Part shown: positions 49,304 to 57,796 of the stretch, piece by piece | Position numbering within the stretch: position 1 is the stretch's first letter | Layout: the number at the start of each line of letters is the position of its first letter | From: Acutalibacteraceae bacterium | Lineage (GTDB): Bacteria > Bacillota > Clostridia > Oscillospirales > Acutalibacteraceae | Length of the DNA: 64,000 bases | Direction: 5' to 3' | Assembly: GCA_045591525.1 (NCBI GenBank) | Contig: JAZNTA010000191.1 | Span: forward strand, 31,461-95,460 | Notes under the pieces: model-generated | What the model was told of the DNA's origin: nothing | What the model saw: only the letters and a program-made list of their open reading frames with translations | Database searches by the model: none | Translations under genes and position numbers: made by a program

Positions 49304-50590
49304 CTATCTGTTTTTCAATATCATTATAGTTGTGATGAATTCTCTATTGTGTTCATCATATTCCCAAGTATAATCGCCATTATATTTTTTCAATGTGTTT
49401 TTTAGACTTTTCAATCCAAAGCCATGAAATCTTTTATTGTTTTTAGTTGTTTTTAAAATTAAATTATCAGAAATCGGTTTTTCATCACAACTATTTCTTA
49501 CAACAACTATATCATATGTGTTCCTATGATCTGTAAAGAAATCAACATATTTATCTTTTGATTTTTCTGCCGCTTCGACTGCATTATCTAATACATTACC
49601 CAAAATTGCAACTAAATCATACATCTCTACACCCAGAAGATTTGAGAGCCTAACATCATAAGTAAAATTTATTCCTTTCAATTCACACTCTGTAATGTAT
49701 TTATTTATGATAACATCAAGATAATGATTGCCACTATGAGCTGTTTGGCTATATTTTCTCAACTCTACTTGCATTTTGGTAAGATATTTATCAATTTCTT
49801 CATTAGAACTTAACTCTTTAATTGCAGCAAGATGTTTTTGTGTATCGTGAGCATATATAGCTAAATTCTCATTCTGTTGTTCAAGTATCTGATAATATGT
49901 TTTATCATTTTCCAATTTAGTTAGTTCACTTTCCAACCGCAATAATTTTGTTTCTTTGTCAACACTGCGTCTATAAGAAACAAAAATCAAAATAGTTGAC
50001 AACAAAAGCGAAAAACTTATTATTGAAATTATATACTTATAAGTTTGCGACAAATGAAAATCACTATTTATACTCCACAAAAACAACAATACAACAATTA
50101 CAACAATAGGATAAAAATAATATGTTTTTGGTATCGGAGTTGAGGTATCTTTTGTTTTAATAAATTTAATTAACAAAAGGCAACAAAAGAAATAAATAGT
50201 CTTACTTATAACAACATTTAACAAATATTGCGACACATCATGTGAGTTTGCAATTACATCTCTGTTTAACACTATGGATATAATAAAAATTGTTATGTAT
50301 TCAGTACAAGTTGACATGATATCAAGAATAATTGATAAAAAAATGGATTGCTTTAAATTAATATTAAAACAACAAAAAGCAAAAACCATGTTTATTATAA
50401 GGAAACAAACAAGATTCAACCATATGGTTGAAAAGAAAAGATATACTGTTGCACCTAATCCAAATGTTATTAACCCTATAGCACAGCAAAAAAGATGGCT
50501 CTTTTTTCTATTGCTAACTTGGCTGAAAAAATAATATGAAATAAACAGTTCAAGTAAATATACTGCTGATACAGACAAAATTTCTGACAT
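49304..50590 (-). CDS. AgrC-like (HPK10-type) sensor histidine kinase
   Basis: 6-7 N-terminal TM helices, H-box 'YAHDTQKHL', GHKL ATPase 'LGNVLDNAVEA...HGFGLKS'. Confidence 0.8.
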   Translation of the reverse strand: MSEILSVSAVYLLELFISYYFFSQVSNRKKSHLFCCAIGLITFGLGATVYLFFSTIWLNLVCFLIINMVFAFCCFNINLKQSIFLSIILDIMSTCTEYITIFIISIVLNRDVIANSHDVSQYLLNVVISKTIYFFCCLLLIKFIKTKDTSTPIPKTYYFYPIVVIVVLLFLWSINSDFHLSQTYKYIISIISFSLLLSTILIFVSYRRSVDKETKLLRLESELTKLENDKTYYQILEQQNENLAIYAHDTQKHLAAIKELSSNEEIDKYLTKMQVELRKYSQTAHSGNHYLDVIINKYITECELKGINFTYDVRLSNLLGVEMYDLVAILGNVLDNAVEAAEKSKDKYVDFFTDHRNTYDIVVVRNSCDEKPISDNLILKTTKNNKRFHGFGLKSLKNTLKKYNGDYTWEYDEHNREFITTIMILKNR

Positions 50591-50591
50591 G

Positions 50592-51290
50592 TCATTTACC
50601 TCTTAAATACATAAACCAATATTTATGGAAATCTGCTTGTTTTCTCGTTGCAACGGATATTCTGATATCTTCGTTAATAAAAACTTCTGTATAAGAGTAC
50701 TTTGTAACATAATGCAGATTAATTAGAAAACTTTTATGAACTTGATAAAAAAATGTATTAGGTAATTTTTCTTTCCAATATTCCAAAGTCTGAGTTATTT
50801 TATATTCACCGTTTTTTGTGACAACAATAATCTCTCTGTTTTCTCGCTTAATATAATAGATATCGTCTACCAATACCTTTAAATGTGTTCCTCCTTGAGC
50901 AAGATAAACATCAACATATGTTTCGTCTAAATACTCTAATGCTTTATCTAATCCAGAATATAATCTATTAACATCAAAAGGTTTCTCAAAGAACCTAAAA
51001 ACTCGCAAATCCATAGCGTCATCCTGAAATTCGGGATAATTGGTTACGAAAAAAACCACTACTTTACTGTTTCTTCGTTTTAATTCTTTTGCAACAGTTA
51101 AACCATCAATATTACCCAATTGGATATCTAAGAAAGCCAAGTCAAAAACATCTTTACCTGTGATAATCTCTTGGGCAGATGTTGAAACGACATATTCTGG
51201 TTTAATAAAGTGATTTTTCATATATTCTTCAACATGCAATCTCAATTCATCCAAGTAATTGGATTGATCATCACATAAAAGTATTTTCAC
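50592..51290 (-). CDS. LytTR-family response regulator (AgrA-like)
   Basis: Receiver 'ILLCDDQ...FLDIQL'; C-terminal LytTR 'FYQVHKSFLINLHYV'; AGAGGAGG RBS plus GTG 51290. Confidence 0.85.
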   Translation of the reverse strand: MKILLCDDQSNYLDELRLHVEEYMKNHFIKPEYVVSTSAQEIITGKDVFDLAFLDIQLGNIDGLTVAKELKRRNSKVVVFFVTNYPEFQDDAMDLRVFRFFEKPFDVNRLYSGLDKALEYLDETYVDVYLAQGGTHLKVLVDDIYYIKRENREIIVVTKNGEYKITQTLEYWKEKLPNTFFYQVHKSFLINLHYVTKYSYTEVFINEDIRISVATRKQADFHKYWFMYLRGK

Positions 51291-51310
51291 ACAAAGACCT
51301 CCTCTTATAA

Positions 51311-51335
51311 ACAAAAACTACCACGATTGTGGTAG
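51311..51335 (-). terminator. hairpin between the XRE gene and the response regulator (terminator or attenuator)
   Basis: CTACCACaatcGTGGTAG followed by TTTTTGTT on the minus strand. Confidence 0.5.
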
Positions 51336-51362
51336 CAAGTTTAGCACAAATATTATTTTTAG

Positions 51363-51680
51363 TCAAATACTGCCAATATACAGTTCAATAAAAGATTTAA
51401 GAAATTTTTGATTGTCTGGTGGACACTTTGACAACAAACAAATTATATCATTTTCTGTTTTCGTATCAATTCTACCAATAAGATAGTAATCAGGTGTACC
51501 GCCTAAAACTTCACACAAATCTAATATAGTAGATGTTGTAGGTAGACATTTCCCTCTTTCCATGCTTGATATATGGTTTTTGGAAAGAGAAAGTTTTTCA
51601 GCCAATTCTTCTTGTGTTATTGATTTTTCCTTGCGTTTTTGCATTATCCGTATACCAATAAGTCTATTATCAAATTGCAT
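51363..51680 (-). CDS. XRE-family HTH regulator
   Basis: 'ITQEELAEKLSLSKNHISSMERGK' HTH_3 pattern. Confidence 0.8.
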   Translation of the reverse strand: MQFDNRLIGIRIMQKRKEKSITQEELAEKLSLSKNHISSMERGKCLPTTSTILDLCEVLGGTPDYYLIGRIDTKTENDIICLLSKCPPDNQKFLKSFIELYIGSI

Positions 51681-51782
51681 AAAATCACCATTTTTTATTT
51701 ATGGTATCATTTAAAACTAAATGCATAAACAAATTTTGATAGAACTATTCTGTAATATAATTATTTTTACGCATAAAATTTG

Positions 51783-51812
51783 TTTTTTTGTGTAATATTG
51801 TGATTTCTTGCA
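51783..51812 (+). promoter_or_regulatory. partial double-repeat box in + orientation upstream of the agrD-like/agrB genes
   Basis: ATTTCTTGCA (51803-51812) matches the box repeat; the partner about 20 nt upstream (TTTTTTGTG) is degenerate. Confidence 0.35.
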
Positions 51813-51896
51813 AAAAAACACAAATTTATAGCAATTTAAAAAATTCATTGAAGGAGCTTTATTTTTTATGATATCATTCTTTCGGAGGTGTTATAA

Positions 51897-52049
51897 ATGA
51901 AAAATTATAAAATCAAATTTAACCAAATTATGAAAAACAGTATTGAAACTGCATTAAAACTTAATGCAAACAACACATCATCAACTGTTCTTCATCAACC
52001 CAAGGCCCCAGCAAAATTGAAAAAATTCAGTAAAATCAGTTCTAAATGA
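51897..52049 (+). CDS. agrD: AgrD-like autoinducing-peptide precursor (50 aa)
   Basis: GGAGGTG RBS; amphipathic N-terminus; 'SSTVL-HQPKAPAKL' resembles the clostridial AgrD ring plus QPxxPxxL tail; stop overlaps the agrB ATG (ATGA). Confidence 0.6.
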   Translation: MKNYKIKFNQIMKNSIETALKLNANNTSSTVLHQPKAPAKLKKFSKISSK

Positions 52050-52642
52050 TTGGTCGATTATCTGAAAAGATAGTTTCGTACCTAATCGCTTTTGAAACTA
52101 TACCCGAAGCAGAGCGTGAATTATATCAATACGGAGTATTTTTATTAATTTCTCAAATACTATATTTCACCGTAACACTGATATTTGGATTTGCATTGGG
52201 TATAGTCTTTGAAAGCATTGTTTTTTTTATTGCATTTCAAAGTATTCGTCAGATCGCAGGTGGTTATCATGCCACTACTGAAACAAGGTGTGAAATTCTA
52301 TCTGCTGGAGCTATTTTATTAAGTCTTATTTTTATCAAACTAGTTAACGAAAATGCGCTGTTCACATATACATTAGCTATAGCTTTAGTATGTGCTAGTG
52401 TAATTTTTTTATTGGCACCATTAGATACTGTTCAAAGACTGTTGTCAGATGATGAGTATATTGCATTTCGTAAAAAAACACGCGTTATTCTCATAGTTAT
52501 CATAACAGTAATAGCAGTTTCTTATATTATGAAAATAAATATTGTTTTTACTTCCTGTTGCACAAGTCTAATCCTAGAGGGATTTTTACTTTTGGTAGGG
52601 AAAATAAATAGAGAAAGTATAAATTCAAACACCTGTGAATAA
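52046..52642 (+). CDS. agrB: AgrB-family peptide-processing membrane protease
   Basis: 'RQIAGGYHATTETRCEILS' (conserved R..GG.H......C), multiple TM helices, 198 aa. Confidence 0.85.
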   Translation: MIGRLSEKIVSYLIAFETIPEAERELYQYGVFLLISQILYFTVTLIFGFALGIVFESIVFFIAFQSIRQIAGGYHATTETRCEILSAGAILLSLIFIKLVNENALFTYTLAIALVCASVIFLLAPLDTVQRLLSDDEYIAFRKKTRVILIVIITVIAVSYIMKINIVFTSCCTSLILEGFLLLVGKINRESINSNTCE

Positions 52643-52799
52643 ATTTGGGGTGCTTTATACTCTTGATATTTCATATTTCAAAATTTAAATTTGATATTTT
52701 GAAATAAAGATATAATTTTTTTACCTACAATAGATAACAGATTTTATTTCACTTATTAGTCAGCAAAACAATATTTGAACCATATATAGTATGTATAAA

Positions 52800-52835
52800 A
52801 AGAAGCTAGATGAATTTATTCATCTAGCTTCTTTT
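52800..52835 (+). terminator. intrinsic terminator
   Basis: AAGAAGCTAGATGA-atttat-TCATCTAGCTTCTT then a T-rich tail. Confidence 0.7.
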
Positions 52836-52955
52836 CCTTTGTCATTAAATGATTTAAAGAAATTTTTGATTAACATATGGGAAGAATACATAGCTAAATA
52901 CCCATAATCTCCGGTTTTTGAGACTGAAATTCAAAAATAAAGGAGATTATATAAA

Positions 52956-53411
52956 ATGTATAAAAATAAAAGTTTTGATTACGATTTATGGACAACCAAT
53001 GATAATGGCGTTAAGCGTTACTGGGCAAGAATCCGTGCAACACAGGAAGTTGTTGAGGTTGACTTGAAAACATTGCGTTTTTTAAGAGCTGAAGAAAAAA
53101 AGATATACAGGGCTATAGAAGATGCCCGTAACAACGCAGGTACAGTTTTGTCATATGAAATTTTTGAAGATGAAGAAGCTTCAGGTGAATGGTTGATTGA
53201 TGAAAAAGACTTAGAAACTCAAGTACTTACGCAATCAGAAATTGATGCTGTTGTAAAAACACTCACACCGAAACAGTTTTTGATTTATAAAAACTGCATC
53301 TTAGAAGGAATGGAGTTGCGAGAATTTGCAAGAAAAAACAACTTGTCTTACTCAACAGTTAAAGACATAAGAGATGCTATCAGAAAAAAATTTCATAAAA
53401 ATTTTAATTGA
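52956..53411 (+). CDS. sigma-70 region-4-like DNA-binding protein
   Basis: C-terminal 'LTPKQFLIYKNCILEGMELREFARKNNLSYSTVKDIRD' HTH; usual partner of serine recombinases in clostridial elements (from memory). Confidence 0.55.
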   Translation: MYKNKSFDYDLWTTNDNGVKRYWARIRATQEVVEVDLKTLRFLRAEEKKIYRAIEDARNNAGTVLSYEIFEDEEASGEWLIDEKDLETQVLTQSEIDAVVKTLTPKQFLIYKNCILEGMELREFARKNNLSYSTVKDIRDAIRKKFHKNFN

Positions 53412-53435
53412 TACCCGCTCAAAGGCTAAAAAAAT

Positions 53436-53800
53436 GTCCGTTGTCAAGTAGAGGGGGTTAAAACCTCGATTGCACTTTGACAACAGAATAGATATTTTAT
53501 CAAGTACGTTGCTATTATTCTTGCAGAGGCAAGAGCCACAATAGCGCTGCGCCAGGATCCGACAGAACAGATGTTGTTTTTTATTAACAACATCTTGTTC
53601 TGTTGTGGGAGCGATAAACAGTTGCTATAGATATCAAATAGCTTTTGATATGGCGATAACCGGTAATAGTGATAATGATACTCCTGTTTAGTCACAGGTC
53701 GAGCGTGATAAAACCGTCGCAACCAATGAGGGCAGTTGGCAGAGAACCTGCTGAGGGTGAGATTCCCGTGGAGCTGAGTAGCTATCAGCCGCTTGATAAG
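53436..53800. ncRNA. GC-rich, hairpin-dense non-coding segment (candidate structured RNA or recombination-control region)
   Basis: Visibly GC-richer than the flanks. Nested stems: TTGTCAA/TTGACAA, a 17-bp hairpin at 53561-53605 extended by CCACAA/TTGTGG, ATATCAAA/TTTGATAT, CCTGT/ACAGG, GCTGA/TCAGC. Confidence 0.4.
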
Positions 53801-53836
53801 ATTCACAAGTATTTCTTCAAAACATGGAGGTTAGCT

Positions 53837-53986
53837 ATGGATTTACATAAGGTACAAGAAAACACTTATACAACCATGATTGATGGTTCTATTATTACAT
53901 TGAAATTCTCAAAGGAACCGAATGAAGTTTTAGTAAAAAATATCAAAGAATGTTTGTTGAATTCTATTGTAAAATTATCAAAATAA
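53837..53986 (+). CDS. small protein upstream of the recombinase
   Basis: GGAGG RBS plus ATG 53837; 49 aa. Confidence 0.5.
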   Translation: MDLHKVQENTYTTMIDGSIITLKFSKEPNEVLVKNIKECLLNSIVKLSK

Positions 53987-54049
53987 TGCTGGATATATAA
54001 ATGTTGTTGTGATAGTGTTGTGTCGAAATCAAGTAAAGGTGGTGCAATA

Positions 54050-55642
54050 ATGGCCGGCGAAAGAGTATATTGTTTATATCGTGTATCAACTTCAAAGCAA
54101 GTTGATATGGATGAACATAATTTAGCGGATATACCTATGCAACGAAAAGCTTGCAGAGAGTTCGCTAAAAAAATGGATTGGGACATTATTCGTGAGGAAC
54201 AAGAAAACGGAGTATCCGGATTCAAGAAAAGTGCTGCTGAAAGAGATAAGATACAACTTATTAAAGAGCATGCTGCAAAAGGTTTGTTTGACATATTACT
54301 CGTTTTTATGTTTGACAGATTGGGAAGAAAATCAGATGAGACACCATTTATTGTAGAATGGCTTTGCTCACAAGGAATTAAGGTTTGGAGTGTCAATGAA
54401 GGTGAACAACGCTTTGACTCTCATACAGATAGACTTACCAACTACATAAGATATTGGCAAGCTGATGGTGAAAGCCAAAAAACTGCAATTAGAACAAGAA
54501 CTGCCATGGAGCAAATGGTTATGGATGGCAGATGGCGTGGTGGTATACCACCATTTGGATATAGAGCAGTAAAAAGCGGTATAGTTAACAAAAGAAAACA
54601 TGAAGTATATAAATTAGAGATAAACGAAGAAGAAGCTGTTATAGTAAGACTTATATTCGACCTATCTGCAAACAGCGGATACGGAAGATGGAAGATTGCT
54701 ACCACATTAAATGAACGTGGTTATAAAACTCGTAGTGGTGGTACATGGGTAGATTCAAGTGTAGGACATATACTTCATAACAATATATACATAGGTATGT
54801 TAAAGAATGGTTCAGCAATATCTGGACCGTATGAAGAATTAAGAATTATTGATGATGCTACTTTCTATAAAGTACAAAAACAAACAAATTTACGAACTAA
54901 TGAAAAAAACAATGAAAGGACAATCCCTTTAAATATATCAGGTCAATCACTGTTATCCGGTAATGTGTTCTGTGGACATTGTAAAGGCAGACTCACATTA
55001 ACAACCAACGGTGAAACCCGAAAACATGCAGACGGTACATCTGTACACAGAAGAAAAGTCAGATACGTTTGCTATAATAAGACAAGAAAAAAATTAAACT
55101 GCGATGGCCAAACAGGATACACTATGCGTATCTTGGATGAAAAGGTCATCGCAGTTTTACATATGATTTTTGATAAAATGAAAGATATGACACCACAGGA
55201 AATGGCAAGTCATATTCATGACAAACAGATGTCAAATCTAAAAATTGAGTTATCAGCAGCAAAATCAAAATTGAATAAGGCAGAGAAAGAATACAATGCC
55301 TTGAAAAGTGAAGTTGTAAAATCAATACAAGGTGAAAGTAAGTACAATGCAGATATACTATCAGAACTTTTGATATCAGCTCAAGAAACGTTAGAAATTG
55401 CAAAGAAAAGTTATTTAGAAACTCAAAACAACTATACTCAAGGTGAATTACAAATACAGGAATTAACGAACAACTATACTCGAATACTCAGATGGTCAGA
55501 GATTTTTGATGAGAGTCCTATTGAAACTAAAAAGCAAATAGCCAGTATGATAATAAACAGAGTGTATGTTTATGAAGGTTATCGGTTGGAGTTTGAGTTT
55601 AATATTAATTTTGAGAACATTTACAAAAACAAAATGCAATGA
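54050..55642 (+). CDS. large serine recombinase
   Basis: N-terminal resolvase domain 'VYCLYRVSTSKQ', recombinase and zinc-ribbon (CGHCKG...CYNK) domains, coiled coil; 530 aa. Confidence 0.85.
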   Translation: MAGERVYCLYRVSTSKQVDMDEHNLADIPMQRKACREFAKKMDWDIIREEQENGVSGFKKSAAERDKIQLIKEHAAKGLFDILLVFMFDRLGRKSDETPFIVEWLCSQGIKVWSVNEGEQRFDSHTDRLTNYIRYWQADGESQKTAIRTRTAMEQMVMDGRWRGGIPPFGYRAVKSGIVNKRKHEVYKLEINEEEAVIVRLIFDLSANSGYGRWKIATTLNERGYKTRSGGTWVDSSVGHILHNNIYIGMLKNGSAISGPYEELRIIDDATFYKVQKQTNLRTNEKNNERTIPLNISGQSLLSGNVFCGHCKGRLTLTTNGETRKHADGTSVHRRKVRYVCYNKTRKKLNCDGQTGYTMRILDEKVIAVLHMIFDKMKDMTPQEMASHIHDKQMSNLKIELSAAKSKLNKAEKEYNALKSEVVKSIQGESKYNADILSELLISAQETLEIAKKSYLETQNNYTQGELQIQELTNNYTRILRWSEIFDESPIETKKQIASMIINRVYVYEGYRLEFEFNINFENIYKNKMQ

Positions 55643-55815
55643 ATATTTATATTTCTTGAATTGATCTTTTGCCCAAAAACAAGACCTGCTTTTTGTGGAA
55701 AAAGTCGAATTTTGTAAAAACCGAAAATTTTTTTGAAGTATTTGCAAAATTTTGTCATATATATTTAGATGCATTTTACATATGAATATTAATACTTTGT
55801 GTGAGGTATACTATC

Positions 55816-56595
55816 ATGAGTACAGAAAAAGAACAAGCTCCTCCCAAAAGAAGCAAACTTACACCTGATAACAAGTTAGATATAATGTCTATTCTAATAT
55901 CAATAGTATCAATTGTAATTTCTGTAACATTGTTGCTACATCAGATAACCCTAGAGAGATTACCAAATGTTGTATGTTTAAATTCCGATGTAGCAATACA
56001 TATTTTTAAAGATGAATCTGAATATGAATTATTTACTTATTCAGAACAAATTATAAGTATACCAATACATAACATCGGAGTAGGAACAGCCCAAAATTGC
56101 GAAATAACCTGGGTTTATGAAAGTGTGGAAAAGGCTTACTATTCCTTGATGGACATGTTAAAACCATATGTTAGTTTTCATGAATTTAACGGTAATACCC
56201 TTTTACATGGAAAACCTTACTTGTATAATTATAGTTTTCAATATAGAAATAGCAAACTAGATAGCATATGGGTATTAAATACATATCCTGAAAAAACTAC
56301 GGACTATTCCGTTGATTTGGACTCCATGTATTGTCCATATATATTACCTGTAACCGAAAACAATACAAAAATTTTTTTCTATCTTCCAAACCCCATTGCA
56401 CCAATGTTAGTTGATTTGGCTAAATATGAAATAAACGAACCCTTATCTTTAGACTTGGAAATTTCTTTTCAAGATATTGCTGGAAAAGCATATAGTGAAA
56501 TATTTCGTTTAACGTTTACTTTTGATGAATTTACGGAAGATATTGAAAACAATAAGAACTACTGTATATACAAAATAGTTTCTCAAAAATTATAA
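55816..56595 (+). CDS. hypothetical single-TM protein
   Basis: GAGG RBS plus ATG 55816; TM 'IMSILISIVSIVISVTLLL'. Confidence 0.55.
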   Translation: MSTEKEQAPPKRSKLTPDNKLDIMSILISIVSIVISVTLLLHQITLERLPNVVCLNSDVAIHIFKDESEYELFTYSEQIISIPIHNIGVGTAQNCEITWVYESVEKAYYSLMDMLKPYVSFHEFNGNTLLHGKPYLYNYSFQYRNSKLDSIWVLNTYPEKTTDYSVDLDSMYCPYILPVTENNTKIFFYLPNPIAPMLVDLAKYEINEPLSLDLEISFQDIAGKAYSEIFRLTFTFDEFTEDIENNKNYCIYKIVSQKL

Positions 56596-56639
56596 TAATC
56601 GTACACACGCTGCTAAATAAATGTCTAATAGGTTATTGC

Positions 56640-56668
56640 TTGACAACTAATATTATTGAGTACATAAT
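56640..56668 (+). promoter_or_regulatory. sigma-A promoter of the CBASS operon
   Basis: TTGACA, 17 nt, CATAAT. Confidence 0.6.
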
Positions 56669-56731
56669 TATATATGGATATTATTTAGCAAGATCACAAA
56701 AATAAAAACTTTAATAAGTGGGTGTTTTATA

Positions 56732-57790
56732 ATGAGTTTACAAAAATATTTTATTGAGTTTAATGACACAATAAAAATGGATTTTGACGTTAAAAGTGAA
56801 TTAAAAGAGAAAAGAGATATATTATTAGGCATATTAAGAAACTCTGATGATTTGCCTTCATTTTCAGAATACAATCAAGGTAGTTATAAAATGAATTTGG
56901 GTGTAGAACCTTTAGATAAAGAATATGATATTGATGTTGGTCTTAGATTCAATGCTAATAGTAAAGATTACACCCCCATGGAGTTAAAAAATATTATTTA
57001 CGAATTATTGAAAAACCATACTGATTATGGAGCGACAATAAAAAAGCCATGTGTAACCGTTACATATAAGAAAGATGGTGAAGCGGCGTACCATGTTGAT
57101 TTAGTAGTATACACATATGAAGACAAGGACGATACTAGTAGTCAACTTTTTCTTGCTCGGGGTAAAAGTAGTGAATCAGACGAAACTTGTTGGGAAAAGT
57201 CTGATCCTGTTGGATTGGTTGATTATGTAAGTGAAAAGTATTATGGTGATGACCATAAAGATGATAGAGAACAATTTAGACGTATTATAAGATACTTAAA
57301 AAGGTGGAAAAACAAGAGATTTAGTAATACAGGAAATGCTGAACCACCTAGTATTGGTATTACATTAATAGCTGTTGAGATGTTTGAGGTTTCTAAAACA
57401 TATGATGTTTTAACAAAAAAAGATTCATACAATGATTTTGATGCATTACTAAAGTTTTTGAAGGAATTAAAAACTTTGTTTGTCTATGTTGGTACATCTG
57501 ATACTGGTAGAAAACTTTACAAAATAGAATATAATTTACCAAGCACACTGAAGTTTGAAAATAATGTTAATATTTTTAGGAAGATGACTAATAATTATAT
57601 GACAGATTTCAAGGAAAAAGTAGATTCATTAATAGCGGATTTAGAAAGTGTTGAAGCCGAAGTTGATGAAGTAGAGCAGTGTGTTCAGTTGCGTAAAATT
57701 TTCGGTGACTCTTTCCCGGTACCTGAAAAAGAAACTGCATCAAAAAAACAAGTTGAATATATTTCTAGAACCAGTGCATCGGGAGTCTAA
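56732..57790 (+). CDS. CD-NTase (cGAS/DncV-like nucleotidyltransferase, SMODS)
   Basis: 'QGSYKMNLGVEPLDKEYDIDVGL' (GS...DxD) plus downstream 'HVDLV'; followed by Cap2 and Cap3. Confidence 0.8.
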   Translation: MSLQKYFIEFNDTIKMDFDVKSELKEKRDILLGILRNSDDLPSFSEYNQGSYKMNLGVEPLDKEYDIDVGLRFNANSKDYTPMELKNIIYELLKNHTDYGATIKKPCVTVTYKKDGEAAYHVDLVVYTYEDKDDTSSQLFLARGKSSESDETCWEKSDPVGLVDYVSEKYYGDDHKDDREQFRRIIRYLKRWKNKRFSNTGNAEPPSIGITLIAVEMFEVSKTYDVLTKKDSYNDFDALLKFLKELKTLFVYVGTSDTGRKLYKIEYNLPSTLKFENNVNIFRKMTNNYMTDFKEKVDSLIADLESVEAEVDEVEQCVQLRKIFGDSFPVPEKETASKKQVEYISRTSASGV

Positions 57791-57796
57791 ACGATT

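Larger units (their letters stand above)
1..55700. mobile_element. ICE / conjugative-transposon-like element (left end outside window; right end only approximate, just past the serine recombinase)
   Basis: Co-directional T4SS, relaxase and coupling-protein genes at 1-17 kb and a large serine recombinase at 54-55.6 kb; ends not defined from sequence. Confidence 0.5.

Noticed and set aside
53444-53806. 120-aa minus-strand ORF, and the N-terminal part of ORF 53669-53986, as genes
   Set aside because: Their composition is nonsense-like, there is no RBS, and the open frames are explained by local GC-richness. Only 53837-53986 has a GGAGG RBS.
55643-55800. Calling a precise right end (attR) of the ICE just after the serine recombinase
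   Set aside because: The left end is outside the window, serine recombinases leave only a dinucleotide crossover, and cassette-family leader sequence continues beyond this point. The boundary cannot be set from this sequence alone.
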